DNA of 56,024 nucleotides from Coriobacteriales bacterium (GTDB taxonomy: Bacteria; Actinomycetota; Coriobacteriia; Coriobacteriales; UBA8131), in contig JAISGO010000046.1 in assembly GCA_031263025.1 (NCBI GenBank), forward strand, positions 1 to 56,024. The letters run 5' to 3'. Shown here piece after piece: positions 18,288-27,392 of the stretch. The position numbers were made by a program, and so were the translations under genes. Positions within the stretch are counted from its first letter, which is position 1. Every line of letters starts with the position of its first letter. The notes under the pieces were generated by a model. The model saw nothing but the letters and a program-made list of their open reading frames with translations, had not been told where the DNA came from and ran no database searches.

Positions 18288-19654
18288 TATTTCGCAGCTC
18301 CCTTCTTCTTGGCCGCTTTCGGATCATAGAGCTGCGGCTGTGCGATCTTCAACTCCTCGTCGATCGCCTCATCCTGCATGTCTGCAGATAGATGTGAAGC
18401 CTCTTCGGCCGCCAGCGGTTTGTCGGTGATCGGGTGGTCGGGGTGTTTGAGATCGTAGTGACGGAAAGTCTCGAAATCGGCGCCGCCGGTCGTACGACCG
18501 GCCGCCCGCATCCCAAAGCCATGGACGATCAGGGCCAAGGCCACTAAGCCACCGACGCCATAGGCCAAGTAGGTCGGGTCGAACATGAAGTTGCCGATAC
18601 CGATGTGCTTGAAGCGGTTCAGGAAAGGAGAGTTGAGATCGACCCAACCATGGTCAGCCATATTGGGGTTAGCCTGGGCACAACCGATACAGGGAGCACC
18701 GGCTTCGATGCACCAAGAGACCTTGCGGTTCCAACGCACCAAAGGACAGTTCGAATAGGTTTGGGGGCCCTTGCAACCCATCGCATAAAGGCAATAGCCC
18801 TTGCTCTCCTCTTCAGAACCAAACTCATAAACGAACTCGCCGTTCTCGAAATGGCCGCGCCGCGGACAATTGTCGTGGATGGTCTGACCGAAGATCTCGG
18901 AGGGCATGTTGTACTCGTTGAGCTGGGGCAGTTTGTTCAAAAGCAGGTAGTCGACCAGCATCGCGATGATATGCTCGGGATTGGCTGGACAACAAGGCAC
19001 GTTGATGATCGGCGGGATGTCATAATCAAGCTGCCCCGCCGCCTTGGCTTTCTTCAAATAGGGCTCGACCCCGGTAGCACCTGCCGGATTGGGGCTCGCG
19101 GCTTGCCAGCCGCCGTCGACCGCACAATCACCAGCGCAGATGATAGCGACTGCGTTTTTGGCTGCCTTCTTGATCAGGTCAGTGGATTTCTCGCCGCCAA
19201 TCACCAAGGCGTTGTCGTTCCAACCCTCCATCAGGGCGCCCTCGATGATCAAGATGTAGCCGACCGGCTCGGTCGAGGTACTGCCGTCGGCGTTGCGCAC
19301 GGTCTTGGTGGCATTGATGGTCTGATCCATCGCCTCTTCCAAAGACCAGCCTGCGCCAGCAGAGAGGGTCTCGCTGTAGTTGAGCGAGATCAGCTCCAGG
19401 ATCACCGTTGCGACATCCGGGGTCGTGGCCGAGGCAAAGGACTCGGTGCAACCTGTGCAAGAAGCGAACTCCAACCACAAAGCCGGGGCCAAAACACCAC
19501 TGGTCGTTCCGATCACCAACTGCTCTGCGGCGTCTGCGATCTTCGGTACCATAGCCTGGGACAGCCCCAGGGTCGCAGCCACGCCCGCGCAGAACTTCAT
19601 GAAGCCGCGCCGAGAGACCCCGTGCGATTCCATCAAGCTATCAAAACTTGGCAT
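18287..19654 (-). CDS. [NiFe] hydrogenase small subunit with a Tat signal, a C-terminal TM anchor and a ~70-aa tail
   Basis: Twin-arginine motif SRRGFMKFCAG, FeS Cys motifs (CTGCTES, several CP/CxxC) and TM segment YGVGGLVALALIVHGFGM. The stop overlaps the large-subunit ATG (TAATG). Confidence 0.95.
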   Translation of the reverse strand: MPSFDSLMESHGVSRRGFMKFCAGVAATLGLSQAMVPKIADAAEQLVIGTTSGVLAPALWLEFASCTGCTESFASATTPDVATVILELISLNYSETLSAGAGWSLEEAMDQTINATKTVRNADGSTSTEPVGYILIIEGALMEGWNDNALVIGGEKSTDLIKKAAKNAVAIICAGDCAVDGGWQAASPNPAGATGVEPYLKKAKAAGQLDYDIPPIINVPCCPANPEHIIAMLVDYLLLNKLPQLNEYNMPSEIFGQTIHDNCPRRGHFENGEFVYEFGSEEESKGYCLYAMGCKGPQTYSNCPLVRWNRKVSWCIEAGAPCIGCAQANPNMADHGWVDLNSPFLNRFKHIGIGNFMFDPTYLAYGVGGLVALALIVHGFGMRAAGRTTGGADFETFRHYDLKHPDHPITDKPLAAEEASHLSADMQDEAIDEELKIAQPQLYDPKAAKKKGAAK

Positions 19655-19827
19655 AGCTTCTCCTTCAAATAAACAAAGATAGGCTTATCTTACATGAAAA
19701 ACCAGAGCTATGGTTTTGCCGGAAATTCACGGCCCTAGCAGGGCACGTTGTGTTTTAAGAAAATCCGTACAGCTGTGCCGGAACCATCCGGACGGAGCTG
19801 TTCGAAGGAGTCCTTAGGTGTTCGGAA

Positions 19828-20190
19828 CTACAATGCTCGCAAGCCACAAAGCTGACGGTATTTACGTAAGGTCAAGGCTAGGCGTGTGACATCTGGCTCA
19901 GCGATGAAATCGAAGGCTCCGAACTGCAGGGCCCGGAAAGCCTGGTGCTCACGTCCACCCACCACGACCAGGGCTGGCGCGGCCGGGGCCATGGCGAAGA
20001 TATCAGCCAGTTGCCGAGCGTGTGAGAAATCGCAGAAGAGCAGCTGGGGTAGATTGCTCTTGAACACATCGGAGAGGGCGGCCAGACTGTCTGTCTCCAA
20101 GACCACTTCCGCGCCCTCAACCTGCTTGAGTAGGCCCCCCAAACCGGTAAGTTCAGCTCGATTCCCCTGTAGTATCGCTATGCTCAGCAT
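19828..20190 (-). CDS. Single-domain CheY-like receiver with degenerate active-site residues (pseudo-receiver)
   Basis: 120 aa with a beta-alpha pattern: SIAILQGN, LLFCDFSH, LVVVGG, FDFIAEP. The acidic pair after beta1 and the conserved Lys before Pro are absent. Confidence 0.5.
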   Translation of the reverse strand: MLSIAILQGNRAELTGLGGLLKQVEGAEVVLETDSLAALSDVFKSNLPQLLFCDFSHARQLADIFAMAPAAPALVVVGGREHQAFRALQFGAFDFIAEPDVTRLALTLRKYRQLCGLRAL

Positions 20191-21505
20191 GCTTTGTCAG
20201 CGCTCCCATGTCTAGTTCAAAGTCCAAAAGGTGCTGGTTTTCCTCGCGATAGGTCTCAACCAAGGCTTGCTCGCTACTCTCTCCCGGCGAAACGCTATCC
20301 GCTGCCTCCGCAGAAGTCCCGCCGAACAACACCCGAAGCTGGATGTCGCCGCCGATATCCTGGGTCAAGAGCGGCCAGACTTTCTGGAAATCATAGTACT
20401 TCTGGCAGAATATTTCAGCATAGGCGATCGCCTCGGAACGCACCTTGGTGGCGCTGCGCAGATAGCCCCGTTTGAGGTTGCGCGGAGCCGCCAGCGCCCG
20501 CAACAAGGAGGTGCTGCGCACTTTTTGCATGATCCGACGATCGAGGAAAGTACCCGGGTAGGGAGTGAGGCTGCCCGGGCGGATCGGGTAGAGGTCGAAC
20601 TGGGATTTAGAGGACTCGATCTTGTGATATTCATAAATCCAGCGGTAGACGTCCTGGTCGAAACGCTGTACGGTGTCAGCCTCGGCTGGAGGCAAATGGC
20701 TGATCTGCCACTTGTTGTCGAAGAACACGACTCCGCCATAAATCAATATATTAATTAGATAGTCAAGATCTTCGCCGCGCGAGATCCAGGGATCGAAGGC
20801 GACACGGCTAAAAGCCTCCCGATGTACCGCGAAAAGGCCACCATACAAGTTGTTCGAGCTGGAGAGCCGGGCCTTGCGCATCGCCGACTCGATCCACTTA
20901 TTGAAAGCGACCCCCTGCGTCCAAAAGTGGTTGTACCACTTGCTCTTCAGCGGCGACGTATATTTACCCCTCTTATCCAGATAATACCCAGACTTGACCA
21001 GGATCGGCACCTTGTCCGGGGTAAATCCGCCTAGGCCATAGCAGGCCGTGCGCGCAAAATCGGGATCCTCCACCACCTCATCGTCGTCTATCCAAATCGC
21101 CACGTCAAGATTGAGGGCACAGGCGATACTGAGGCCGAAATTGCGGATCGCACCATAACTACCAAGGCCGATCTGCTTCTCAAGGTCCTCATAGCCCATC
21201 TCGGCCAAACGCCCGTGGAAAGCCGTCTCCACCTGATAGTCCATTAAAGTGATGGCCAGGTCTTCGGTATAGGGCCGACAAACGGTCGCGACTTTCTCGC
21301 CTGCCGCCTCTTCTAGCCCCTGTTCGGCCACGATTAAAAGATACACCGGCAGCTCGACTTGCGCGGCCACTAAAGAAGCTAGACAACGATGCAACTGGCC
21401 TTGGTAGTTGAGAGGGGTCATATGGTCGTAGGCCTGGGTCACGTTAATCCCATTGGTTTTGCGGCCAGATCCGACATAAGTCGGAATGAATATCGCTGCT
21501 TGCAT
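20153..21505 (-). CDS. GT-A fold, family-2-like glycosyltransferase (function unknown)
   Basis: Motifs IFIPTY, GAIRNFGLSIACALNLDVAIWIDDDE (GT2-like RN.G...DDD) and SRGEDLDYL. The start is either ATG 21505 or ATG 21577 (track). Confidence 0.55.
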   Translation of the reverse strand: MQAAIFIPTYVGSGRKTNGINVTQAYDHMTPLNYQGQLHRCLASLVAAQVELPVYLLIVAEQGLEEAAGEKVATVCRPYTEDLAITLMDYQVETAFHGRLAEMGYEDLEKQIGLGSYGAIRNFGLSIACALNLDVAIWIDDDEVVEDPDFARTACYGLGGFTPDKVPILVKSGYYLDKRGKYTSPLKSKWYNHFWTQGVAFNKWIESAMRKARLSSSNNLYGGLFAVHREAFSRVAFDPWISRGEDLDYLINILIYGGVVFFDNKWQISHLPPAEADTVQRFDQDVYRWIYEYHKIESSKSQFDLYPIRPGSLTPYPGTFLDRRIMQKVRSTSLLRALAAPRNLKRGYLRSATKVRSEAIAYAEIFCQKYYDFQKVWPLLTQDIGGDIQLRVLFGGTSAEAADSVSPGESSEQALVETYREENQHLLDFELDMGALTKHAEHSDTTGESS

Positions 21506-21636
21506 TAACTCATTGTAGTGCAAATCAATATCAGCCAACCCTCCCCCGCCGCTACAAGAAAAAGGCCTTCCTGGCACGGAGGTCTAGGCCGTAACGCTTT
21601 TTAACCAATAAAAACCCCACTGGCCTGTGCTTTTAA

Positions 21637-22569
21637 CTAGACAGTTCCGTATCCGAAGCGTTTTATCTGGTTGAGGTCGCGACGCCAGTTCTTGCGCAGC
21701 TTGACTTGGAGCTCAAGATAGACTTTAGCCTTGAGGAGCTGCTCAAGCTGCAGCCGGGCTGCGCTGCCGATCTGCTTGAGCTTAGCGCCGCCGCGGCCGA
21801 TCAGGAGCCCTTTTTGAGACTTGCGCTCAACATAAAGGTTTACATAGATACGATAGAGCTGCTTGCGCTTATCGAAGCCGATGCCGTCAAGCGCTACGCC
21901 AATGGCGTGGGGCAGCTCGTCAAAGGTAGCGCGCAGGGCCTGTTCCCGTACCAACTCAGCGACCTGGGTCTCAAGGTTCTGGCCGGTCTTCGCATCAGCC
22001 GGGTACCAAAGCGGGCCAAGAGGTAGTTGGGCTGCGCAAATCTGTATGAATTCCTCAACCCCCTCTCCTTCTAAGGCGCTGGTCTTGATTATCCGCAAGG
22101 GCGCTTGCGCCTTCGCGGACAAACCCCCAAGGCAGGTGTTGAGGGCCTCGGCGACCTTGACCGGTGCCGCCTGGGGCAGTGCGCATTTAGTGAGAACCGC
22201 GATCCAAGGCTTGCCCGAGGCCAGGAGATGACGCAAGACCCATTCGTCACCACGCCCGAAAGCCGCAGTGGCGTCAAGCAGGAAAGCCGCCATATCCCCG
22301 TCTATCAACGCCTGCAGGGCGGAATCGTTCAGACGTTGGCCCAGGTTGTCTTTGGGCTTGTGTAAGCCAGGAGTGTCCTGGAGGACCAACTGGAAATCGT
22401 CACGGGTCAGGATCGCGGTGATATTGTGCCGGGTGGTCTGGGCCACCTCGCTGGTAATCGCGACTTTGTCGCCGACTACGGCATTAGTGAGAGTGGACTT
22501 GCCGGCATTGGGCCGAGCGACTAGGCTAACGAAGCCAGAATGGAAATCTTGCGTGAGCATGAGCCGCAT
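21637..22569 (-). CDS. era: GTPase Era
   Basis: From the ATG at 22569: MRLMLTQDFHSGFVSLVARPNAGKSTL, DTPG, a C-terminal KH domain and ...RRDLNQIKRFGY. Confidence 0.9.
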   Translation of the reverse strand: MRLMLTQDFHSGFVSLVARPNAGKSTLTNAVVGDKVAITSEVAQTTRHNITAILTRDDFQLVLQDTPGLHKPKDNLGQRLNDSALQALIDGDMAAFLLDATAAFGRGDEWVLRHLLASGKPWIAVLTKCALPQAAPVKVAEALNTCLGGLSAKAQAPLRIIKTSALEGEGVEEFIQICAAQLPLGPLWYPADAKTGQNLETQVAELVREQALRATFDELPHAIGVALDGIGFDKRKQLYRIYVNLYVERKSQKGLLIGRGGAKLKQIGSAARLQLEQLLKAKVYLELQVKLRKNWRRDLNQIKRFGYGTV

Positions 22570-22574
22570 TTTAC

Positions 22575-22581
22575 TATAATG
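22575..22581. promoter_or_regulatory. Overlapping divergent -10 elements for leaderless era and rlmD-like transcripts
   Basis: Plus strand: TATAAT 22575-22580, 6 nt, ATG 22587. Minus strand: CATTAT (22581-22576), 6 nt, ATG 22569. The intergenic region is only 17 nt. Confidence 0.45.
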
Positions 22582-22586
22582 CCTGC

Positions 22587-23927
22587 ATGTCAGATTCAAA
22601 ACAGGTCTTGCGCCTGCAAATTGAAAGGCCCAGCTATGGCCCACAGATGATCGCGAAGCGCGACGACGGCAAGACCATCCTGGTCGAAGGGGCCATGCCA
22701 GGGGATTTAGTAGAGGTTGAAATCCTCAAGGAGCACCCACGTTATAGCGAAGCTAGGACGTTGCGGGTGCTTAGGCCTTCCAGCCAACGAGTTGCTCAAA
22801 TATGCGAATATATTGATATTTGCGGCGGCTGTCCTTGGGCGGGCCTGGACTATGCTGACCAACTTTCCTACAAGCGGCAATCCTTACTTGACGCGCTCAG
22901 CCACATCGGGAAAATCACCGCTGCCGAGCAAGTCTCGACCATTCGCCCTCAGGAACGAACCTGGGCTTATCGTAATAAGGTGGTCTTTGATCTCTCCCCC
23001 ACCTGCGGAAAGCTGAAGCTCGGCCTGCACGCGCGCCGTTCTAGCCGAGTCATCCCCGTTGAACACTGCCCCCTACTCGCCCCTCCCCTCCAGGATCTGC
23101 CACAACGTCTGAACGGGGCCCTCAATTATCTCTTCCATGGGCATGGTGATGACCTGTTACGGGTACAAGCGCGCGCGGCCCTCCATCTACCTAGCTTTGA
23201 ACTCGCGCTGTGGACAAGCACCGCCCCGCTTGATCGCGCCCTTCTCGCCAAAGTTATACAAGATGCCCTGCCCCGACCAGGTCTGACCTCTCTGGTGCGC
23301 GTCTTAGTCAACCCACGGCGCCAGGTTCGGGGGGTCGAACGCCTGGCCGGCAGCGGTTATTGGCAAGAGCGGCTCGCAGGATATGGATTCAAGGTTAGCG
23401 CTCCCTCTTTTTTCCAAGTAAACACGGCTGCGGCCGAAGGCTTAGTCGAGGCCGTGATGCATCAGGTTGACGGCTTAGGACTTGCCCCAGATAGTCAGGT
23501 CGCAGATCTCTTTTGCGGTGTTGGCAGCTTTACCCTACCACTCGCAAAACGCTTTGCCCATGTTGTGGCAATCGAGAAGACCGCCTCTAGCTTACAGGAC
23601 CTCCGCCGCAACCTCAAAGACAACCAGCTTGGAGACAAGGTCCAGGTTTACGGTGATGAAGTCGGCCATCGACTAAAACTTGAGGGGCGCTACCAACTCA
23701 TCTTGGTCGACCCGCCGCGCAGCGGCCTTGACCCTGCCGCACGTGCCCTGCTCTTGGATGCGCGGCCGTGCTACCTGATCTATATCTCCTGCAACCCAAG
23801 CAGCTTGGCCCGGGATCTCACGCACTTCCTGCAAGATGGCTATAGGCTGCGCCAACTACGGCCCTTTGACCTTTTTCCCCAAAGCTATCATCTTGAGTCG
23901 CTTTGTCTGTTGAAGGACTCAAGATGA
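22587..23927 (+). CDS. 23S rRNA (uracil-5-)-methyltransferase, RumA/RlmD family
   Basis: N-terminal TRAM-like region, Cys cluster CEYIDICGGCPW, SAM motif DLFCGVGSFTL and ISCNPSSLARD. Confidence 0.85.
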   Translation: MSDSKQVLRLQIERPSYGPQMIAKRDDGKTILVEGAMPGDLVEVEILKEHPRYSEARTLRVLRPSSQRVAQICEYIDICGGCPWAGLDYADQLSYKRQSLLDALSHIGKITAAEQVSTIRPQERTWAYRNKVVFDLSPTCGKLKLGLHARRSSRVIPVEHCPLLAPPLQDLPQRLNGALNYLFHGHGDDLLRVQARAALHLPSFELALWTSTAPLDRALLAKVIQDALPRPGLTSLVRVLVNPRRQVRGVERLAGSGYWQERLAGYGFKVSAPSFFQVNTAAAEGLVEAVMHQVDGLGLAPDSQVADLFCGVGSFTLPLAKRFAHVVAIEKTASSLQDLRRNLKDNQLGDKVQVYGDEVGHRLKLEGRYQLILVDPPRSGLDPAARALLLDARPCYLIYISCNPSSLARDLTHFLQDGYRLRQLRPFDLFPQSYHLESLCLLKDSR

Positions 23928-23943
23928 TAGCAATATATTAATA

Positions 23944-24807
23944 TTATGAGACCATACGAGTAAGCAGTCGGTCGAGATCCTCTTCGTCTTTGAATTCGAT
24001 CTCTATCTTGTTCTTGCCCCTAAGGCTCTTGACACGCACGTTAGTATCCAAGACCTGGCGGAGCTTCCTTGCCGCAATCTTAAAAGAGCGCGGGGCAGGT
24101 GCGCGTTTGACCCTTTCGATCCCTTGTACCGAATAAAGCCTTGCCATGTTCTCGGTTTCACGCACAGAAAGCTTTTCGTCAACGACCTTGTGGGCAAGCT
24201 TGATTCGGGCAGCTTCATCCGGTAGGGACAATATCGCACGTCCGTGTCCTGCGCTCAACTTATTGTCGAACATCAACTCCTGGACTTCTTCGGGCAGATC
24301 AAGCAAACGCAGGGCATTAGAGATAGTGGTCGGTTGCTTCGAGACGGCTTCGGCAAGATCTTTCTGCTTTTTACCCGATAACTCAATCAGGCGCTTATAG
24401 CCGCGAGCCTCCTCGATTGGATTAAGATTAGCTCTTTGCAAATTCTCCACTAAGGCAATCTGTTGGGTCTCTACATCATCCAAAGCCATGATCTTAGCGG
24501 GGATAGTCTCCATGCCGATCTTCTTGCAGGCCTGCCAGCGGCGCTCGCCAGCGATGATCTCATATTGGGCATGGCCTTTGCCTTTGTCCGGTAGAGGCCG
24601 CACCAGAATCGGCTGAAGTAAACCGTCTTTTTTAATAGATGCTACTAGTTCTTCTATTTTGTCTTCGTCGAAGTTGCTTCTTGGCTGGTAAGGATTCGGG
24701 CTTATCTTCTTTATGTCTATCTCTAAAAAATCAACGTTCGCGCCGCTCTCCGCAGACGCCTCGCTGAGCAGGACATTCAATCCTTTACCTAGTCCGCCTT
24801 TAGCCAT
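23944..24807 (-). CDS. parB: Chromosome partitioning protein ParB/Spo0J
   Basis: Motifs GLGKGLNVLL, LLQPILVRP and IIAGERRWQA, plus an HTH region. Confidence 0.9.
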   Translation of the reverse strand: MAKGGLGKGLNVLLSEASAESGANVDFLEIDIKKISPNPYQPRSNFDEDKIEELVASIKKDGLLQPILVRPLPDKGKGHAQYEIIAGERRWQACKKIGMETIPAKIMALDDVETQQIALVENLQRANLNPIEEARGYKRLIELSGKKQKDLAEAVSKQPTTISNALRLLDLPEEVQELMFDNKLSAGHGRAILSLPDEAARIKLAHKVVDEKLSVRETENMARLYSVQGIERVKRAPAPRSFKIAARKLRQVLDTNVRVKSLRGKNKIEIEFKDEEDLDRLLTRMVS

Positions 24808-25574
24808 TATGCTCTCCTTAGAACTTCACGGGCAAGAGATCTATACGCATTTGCACCTTTTCCCGAGGAATCATACTCGAGAACCGATTGACCATAACTT
24901 GGAGCCTCGGCAAGCCGCACTGTGTTGGGAATCATAGTATCGAAAACTTTATTACCAAAGTATTTACGCACTTCCTCAACAACCTGTTTTGACAAGGTTG
25001 TTCTACTGTTATACATTGTAAGCAAGACGCCTAGAATGTCCAAATCACTATTAAGCCGACTTTTGACAGTTTTTTCTGTATCAAGAAGTTTTGACACACC
25101 TTCCAGTGCGAAGAATTCGCACTGGATTGGAATCAAGATATCAGTTGCCGCAGTAAGCGCATTAATAGTTAGCTGCCCCAAAGAGGGAGGACAATCAATA
25201 AGAATGAAATTGTATTCTTGCACGACCGGCTGCAACAACTCTTTCAAACGTAATTCCCGCGCAGTTTGACTTATCAACTCAACTTCGGCAGCTGCAAGAT
25301 TAATTGTGGCAGGCATAATATCGACATTTTTCGTATTAGTACTTAAAATTAAATCCCTAGCCGGAACTTCGTTTATCAGACCATCATATACACAAGCTTG
25401 GACGATGCTCTTGTCGATGCCTAAGCCACTTGTGCTATTACCTTGAGGGTCAAGGTCAACGATTAGGACTTTCTTTGAGTCGTCGCCAAGGGCAGCGGCC
25501 AAGTTTATCGTTGTCGTTGATTTGCCTACACCGCCTTTTTGGTTGATAATAGCTATGTTCTTATTGGGTTTCAC
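24807..25574 (-). CDS. parA: Chromosome partitioning ATPase ParA/Soj
   Basis: Deviant Walker A IINQKGGVGKSTTT. The GTG at 25574 is preceded by AGGAGG (25584-25579). The track start at 25595 lies inside the parS palindrome. Confidence 0.9.
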   Translation of the reverse strand: MKPNKNIAIINQKGGVGKSTTTINLAAALGDDSKKVLIVDLDPQGNSTSGLGIDKSIVQACVYDGLINEVPARDLILSTNTKNVDIMPATINLAAAEVELISQTARELRLKELLQPVVQEYNFILIDCPPSLGQLTINALTAATDILIPIQCEFFALEGVSKLLDTEKTVKSRLNSDLDILGVLLTMYNSRTTLSKQVVEEVRKYFGNKVFDTMIPNTVRLAEAPSYGQSVLEYDSSGKGANAYRSLAREVLRRA

Positions 25575-25583
25575 TTTACCTCC

Positions 25584-25607
25584 TAAAGTTTTCACGTGAA
25601 AACTTTA
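25584..25607. promoter_or_regulatory. parS-like site 1 (24-bp perfect palindrome)
   Basis: TAAAGTTTTCACGTGAAAACTTTA. The core TTTCACGTGAAA is identical to the canonical parS tGTTTCACGTGAAACa. It lies between the HIT stop and the parA start. Confidence 0.75.
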
Positions 25608-25961
25608 ATCTACCGCACCCATATTGATAGGCATCTTGGCTCCGCCGAGTAGGTGTAAATGAAGATGATGTACGGTCTGCCTCGCATCATCACCTGTATT
25701 GATACAGATGCGATAACCAGTTTGATCGATACCACAGATTTGCGCAACTTTCGGTGCTGCAGCGAGAAGTTTACCTAAAAGCACTTCTGGAACACCATCG
25801 GCAACGCTTGCATAATGCTCTTTGGGAATAAGCAAAACGTGATGAGGCATTTGCGGGTTAGCATCTTCAAAAGCTAAAACTGATTCGTCCTCATAAACTT
25901 TGTTGCTAGAAAGTTCTCCGCTGATGATTTTACAAAATACGCATTCATTGTCAAGGATCAT
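25605..25961 (-). CDS. HIT (histidine triad) family protein
   Basis: 118 aa with CVFCKI and the HHLHLHLLGG triad. Confidence 0.9.
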   Translation of the reverse strand: MILDNECVFCKIISGELSSNKVYEDESVLAFEDANPQMPHHVLLIPKEHYASVADGVPEVLLGKLLAAAPKVAQICGIDQTGYRICINTGDDARQTVHHLHLHLLGGAKMPINMGAVD

Positions 25962-26003
25962 GCTTTCTCCTTCGTTTAGCTAATTTCAGTATAACTTATT
26001 GTA

Positions 26004-26025
26004 AAACTTTTCACGTGAAAAGTTT
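26004..26025. promoter_or_regulatory. parS-like site 2 (22-bp perfect palindrome)
   Basis: AAACTTTTCACGTGAAAAGTTT, located between rsmG and the HIT gene. Confidence 0.75.
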
Positions 26026-26118
26026 AGTTTAAGAAAGATTGATTGGAACACAATACGGTGAATGATATATGTTATAGCTAAAACAAGTAAATCCCCGCCA
26101 CAAACAGCTTATTCAGCG

Positions 26119-26778
26119 CTATTTCAGGGGATGCTTTTGAGCTTGGCCGTTCCTGCGTGGCAGTTTAATGCGCGCTTCTCTAACTTTTTCGTAGCTTAAG
26201 ACCACTCGGCTGGTCACATTGTCCGAAAGAAAAAACTCACGCTTTGATTTAAATTTGAAGCCAAGAATATCAAGGATGTTTTTAGCGTCATTTACTTCAG
26301 AAAGACAATGCTTACCTTTATATGCAACAAAAACGCCGCCCATGCTTAGAAGTGGTGATGCTAATTCTAGTAGAGAACTCAAGTTTGACAAAGCGCGTGC
26401 AGTTACTACGCTAAAGGAATCAGCCTTAGAAAGTACCTTACTGAATTCCTCAACCCTTTGGTTGATAACCGTAATCTGCTTCGCCAAATCTTCCTGTTCC
26501 AAAAACTTTTGCAGAACGGCGGCTTTTTTGCGCGAAGCTTCGACTAAAACCGTTTTGCGACGGGCCATCACTGCAAGCGGTATACCAGGAAACCCTGCGC
26601 CACTACCTATATCACAAAGCGCCCCACCAGGAGCTTCGTTAACTTCAGGTAGGGCGCTTAAGGAGTCTTCAAGATGCAGCAGTCTCGCAGAAACAAAGTC
26701 GCGGATTGCAGTGAGGTTTAATTTCGCGTTTTGTTCTAAAACATAGTGCAGATGCTTGTCTAAGATAGGCTCATTCAT
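26119..26778 (-). CDS. rsmG: 16S rRNA (guanine527-N7)-methyltransferase
   Basis: SAM motif DIGSGAGFPGIPLA. Conserved position in the ori-proximal jag-rsmG-parAB block. Confidence 0.9.
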   Translation of the reverse strand: MNEPILDKHLHYVLEQNAKLNLTAIRDFVSARLLHLEDSLSALPEVNEAPGGALCDIGSGAGFPGIPLAVMARRKTVLVEASRKKAAVLQKFLEQEDLAKQITVINQRVEEFSKVLSKADSFSVVTARALSNLSSLLELASPLLSMGGVFVAYKGKHCLSEVNDAKNILDILGFKFKSKREFFLSDNVTSRVVLSYEKVREARIKLPRRNGQAQKHPLK

Positions 26779-27367
26779 CGTTACCTAAATAAATCACCAC
26801 AACATGGCGCCGCATGCCCTCACCCTCAGACTCGGTAGTCACTTCAGGGTCATCAGTCAAAACCCGGTGGATGATCCTCCGGTCAGCGGGCCGCATCGGT
26901 TTCATACGCACGGGCCCCTTTACTTTCTTAGCCTTGCGCGCGGTGTTGAGGGCAAGCTGTTCCAACCTTTGATAGATCCGGCTTTTATAACCTTCTATGT
27001 CTACGGTAAAAGGATAACGGAAACCAAGCTCTTTCACAGAAGCAGCAATCAGATAAGACTGCAAGGCCGCGAGATTGCGCCCGTACTTTCCGATTAGAAG
27101 CGAATCAGCAACGCCGTTTACGTCAAGGATAAGCTCGCCATCATCACCCTCATATTCATCAATGGTCGCATCACTAGCATCAAAGTAGGCAAGGACTTCG
27201 CGCAATTTTGCAATAATTACATCTGCGACATGATCGAGCTCTTCTTCGTCAAGATCGGTACGTAGGGGAGCCTGTTCAGAATTTGCCTCCTCTGCTTCGT
27301 CCTTTGGCGTCACCAAATCAGTCTCATTGTTATCGACTTCTGTTTCCATCTTCTCTTCTTCAAGCAT
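26771..27367 (-). CDS. jag: Jag/KhpB-type RNA-binding protein (KH + R3H domains)
   Basis: Acidic N-terminus and C-terminal R3H-like PMRPADRRIIHRVL. Lies downstream of yidC. Confidence 0.85.
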   Translation of the reverse strand: MLEEEKMETEVDNNETDLVTPKDEAEEANSEQAPLRTDLDEEELDHVADVIIAKLREVLAYFDASDATIDEYEGDDGELILDVNGVADSLLIGKYGRNLAALQSYLIAASVKELGFRYPFTVDIEGYKSRIYQRLEQLALNTARKAKKVKGPVRMKPMRPADRRIIHRVLTDDPEVTTESEGEGMRRHVVVIYLGNDE

Positions 27368-27392
27368 GACCGCTCCTTAATATATTAATGTG

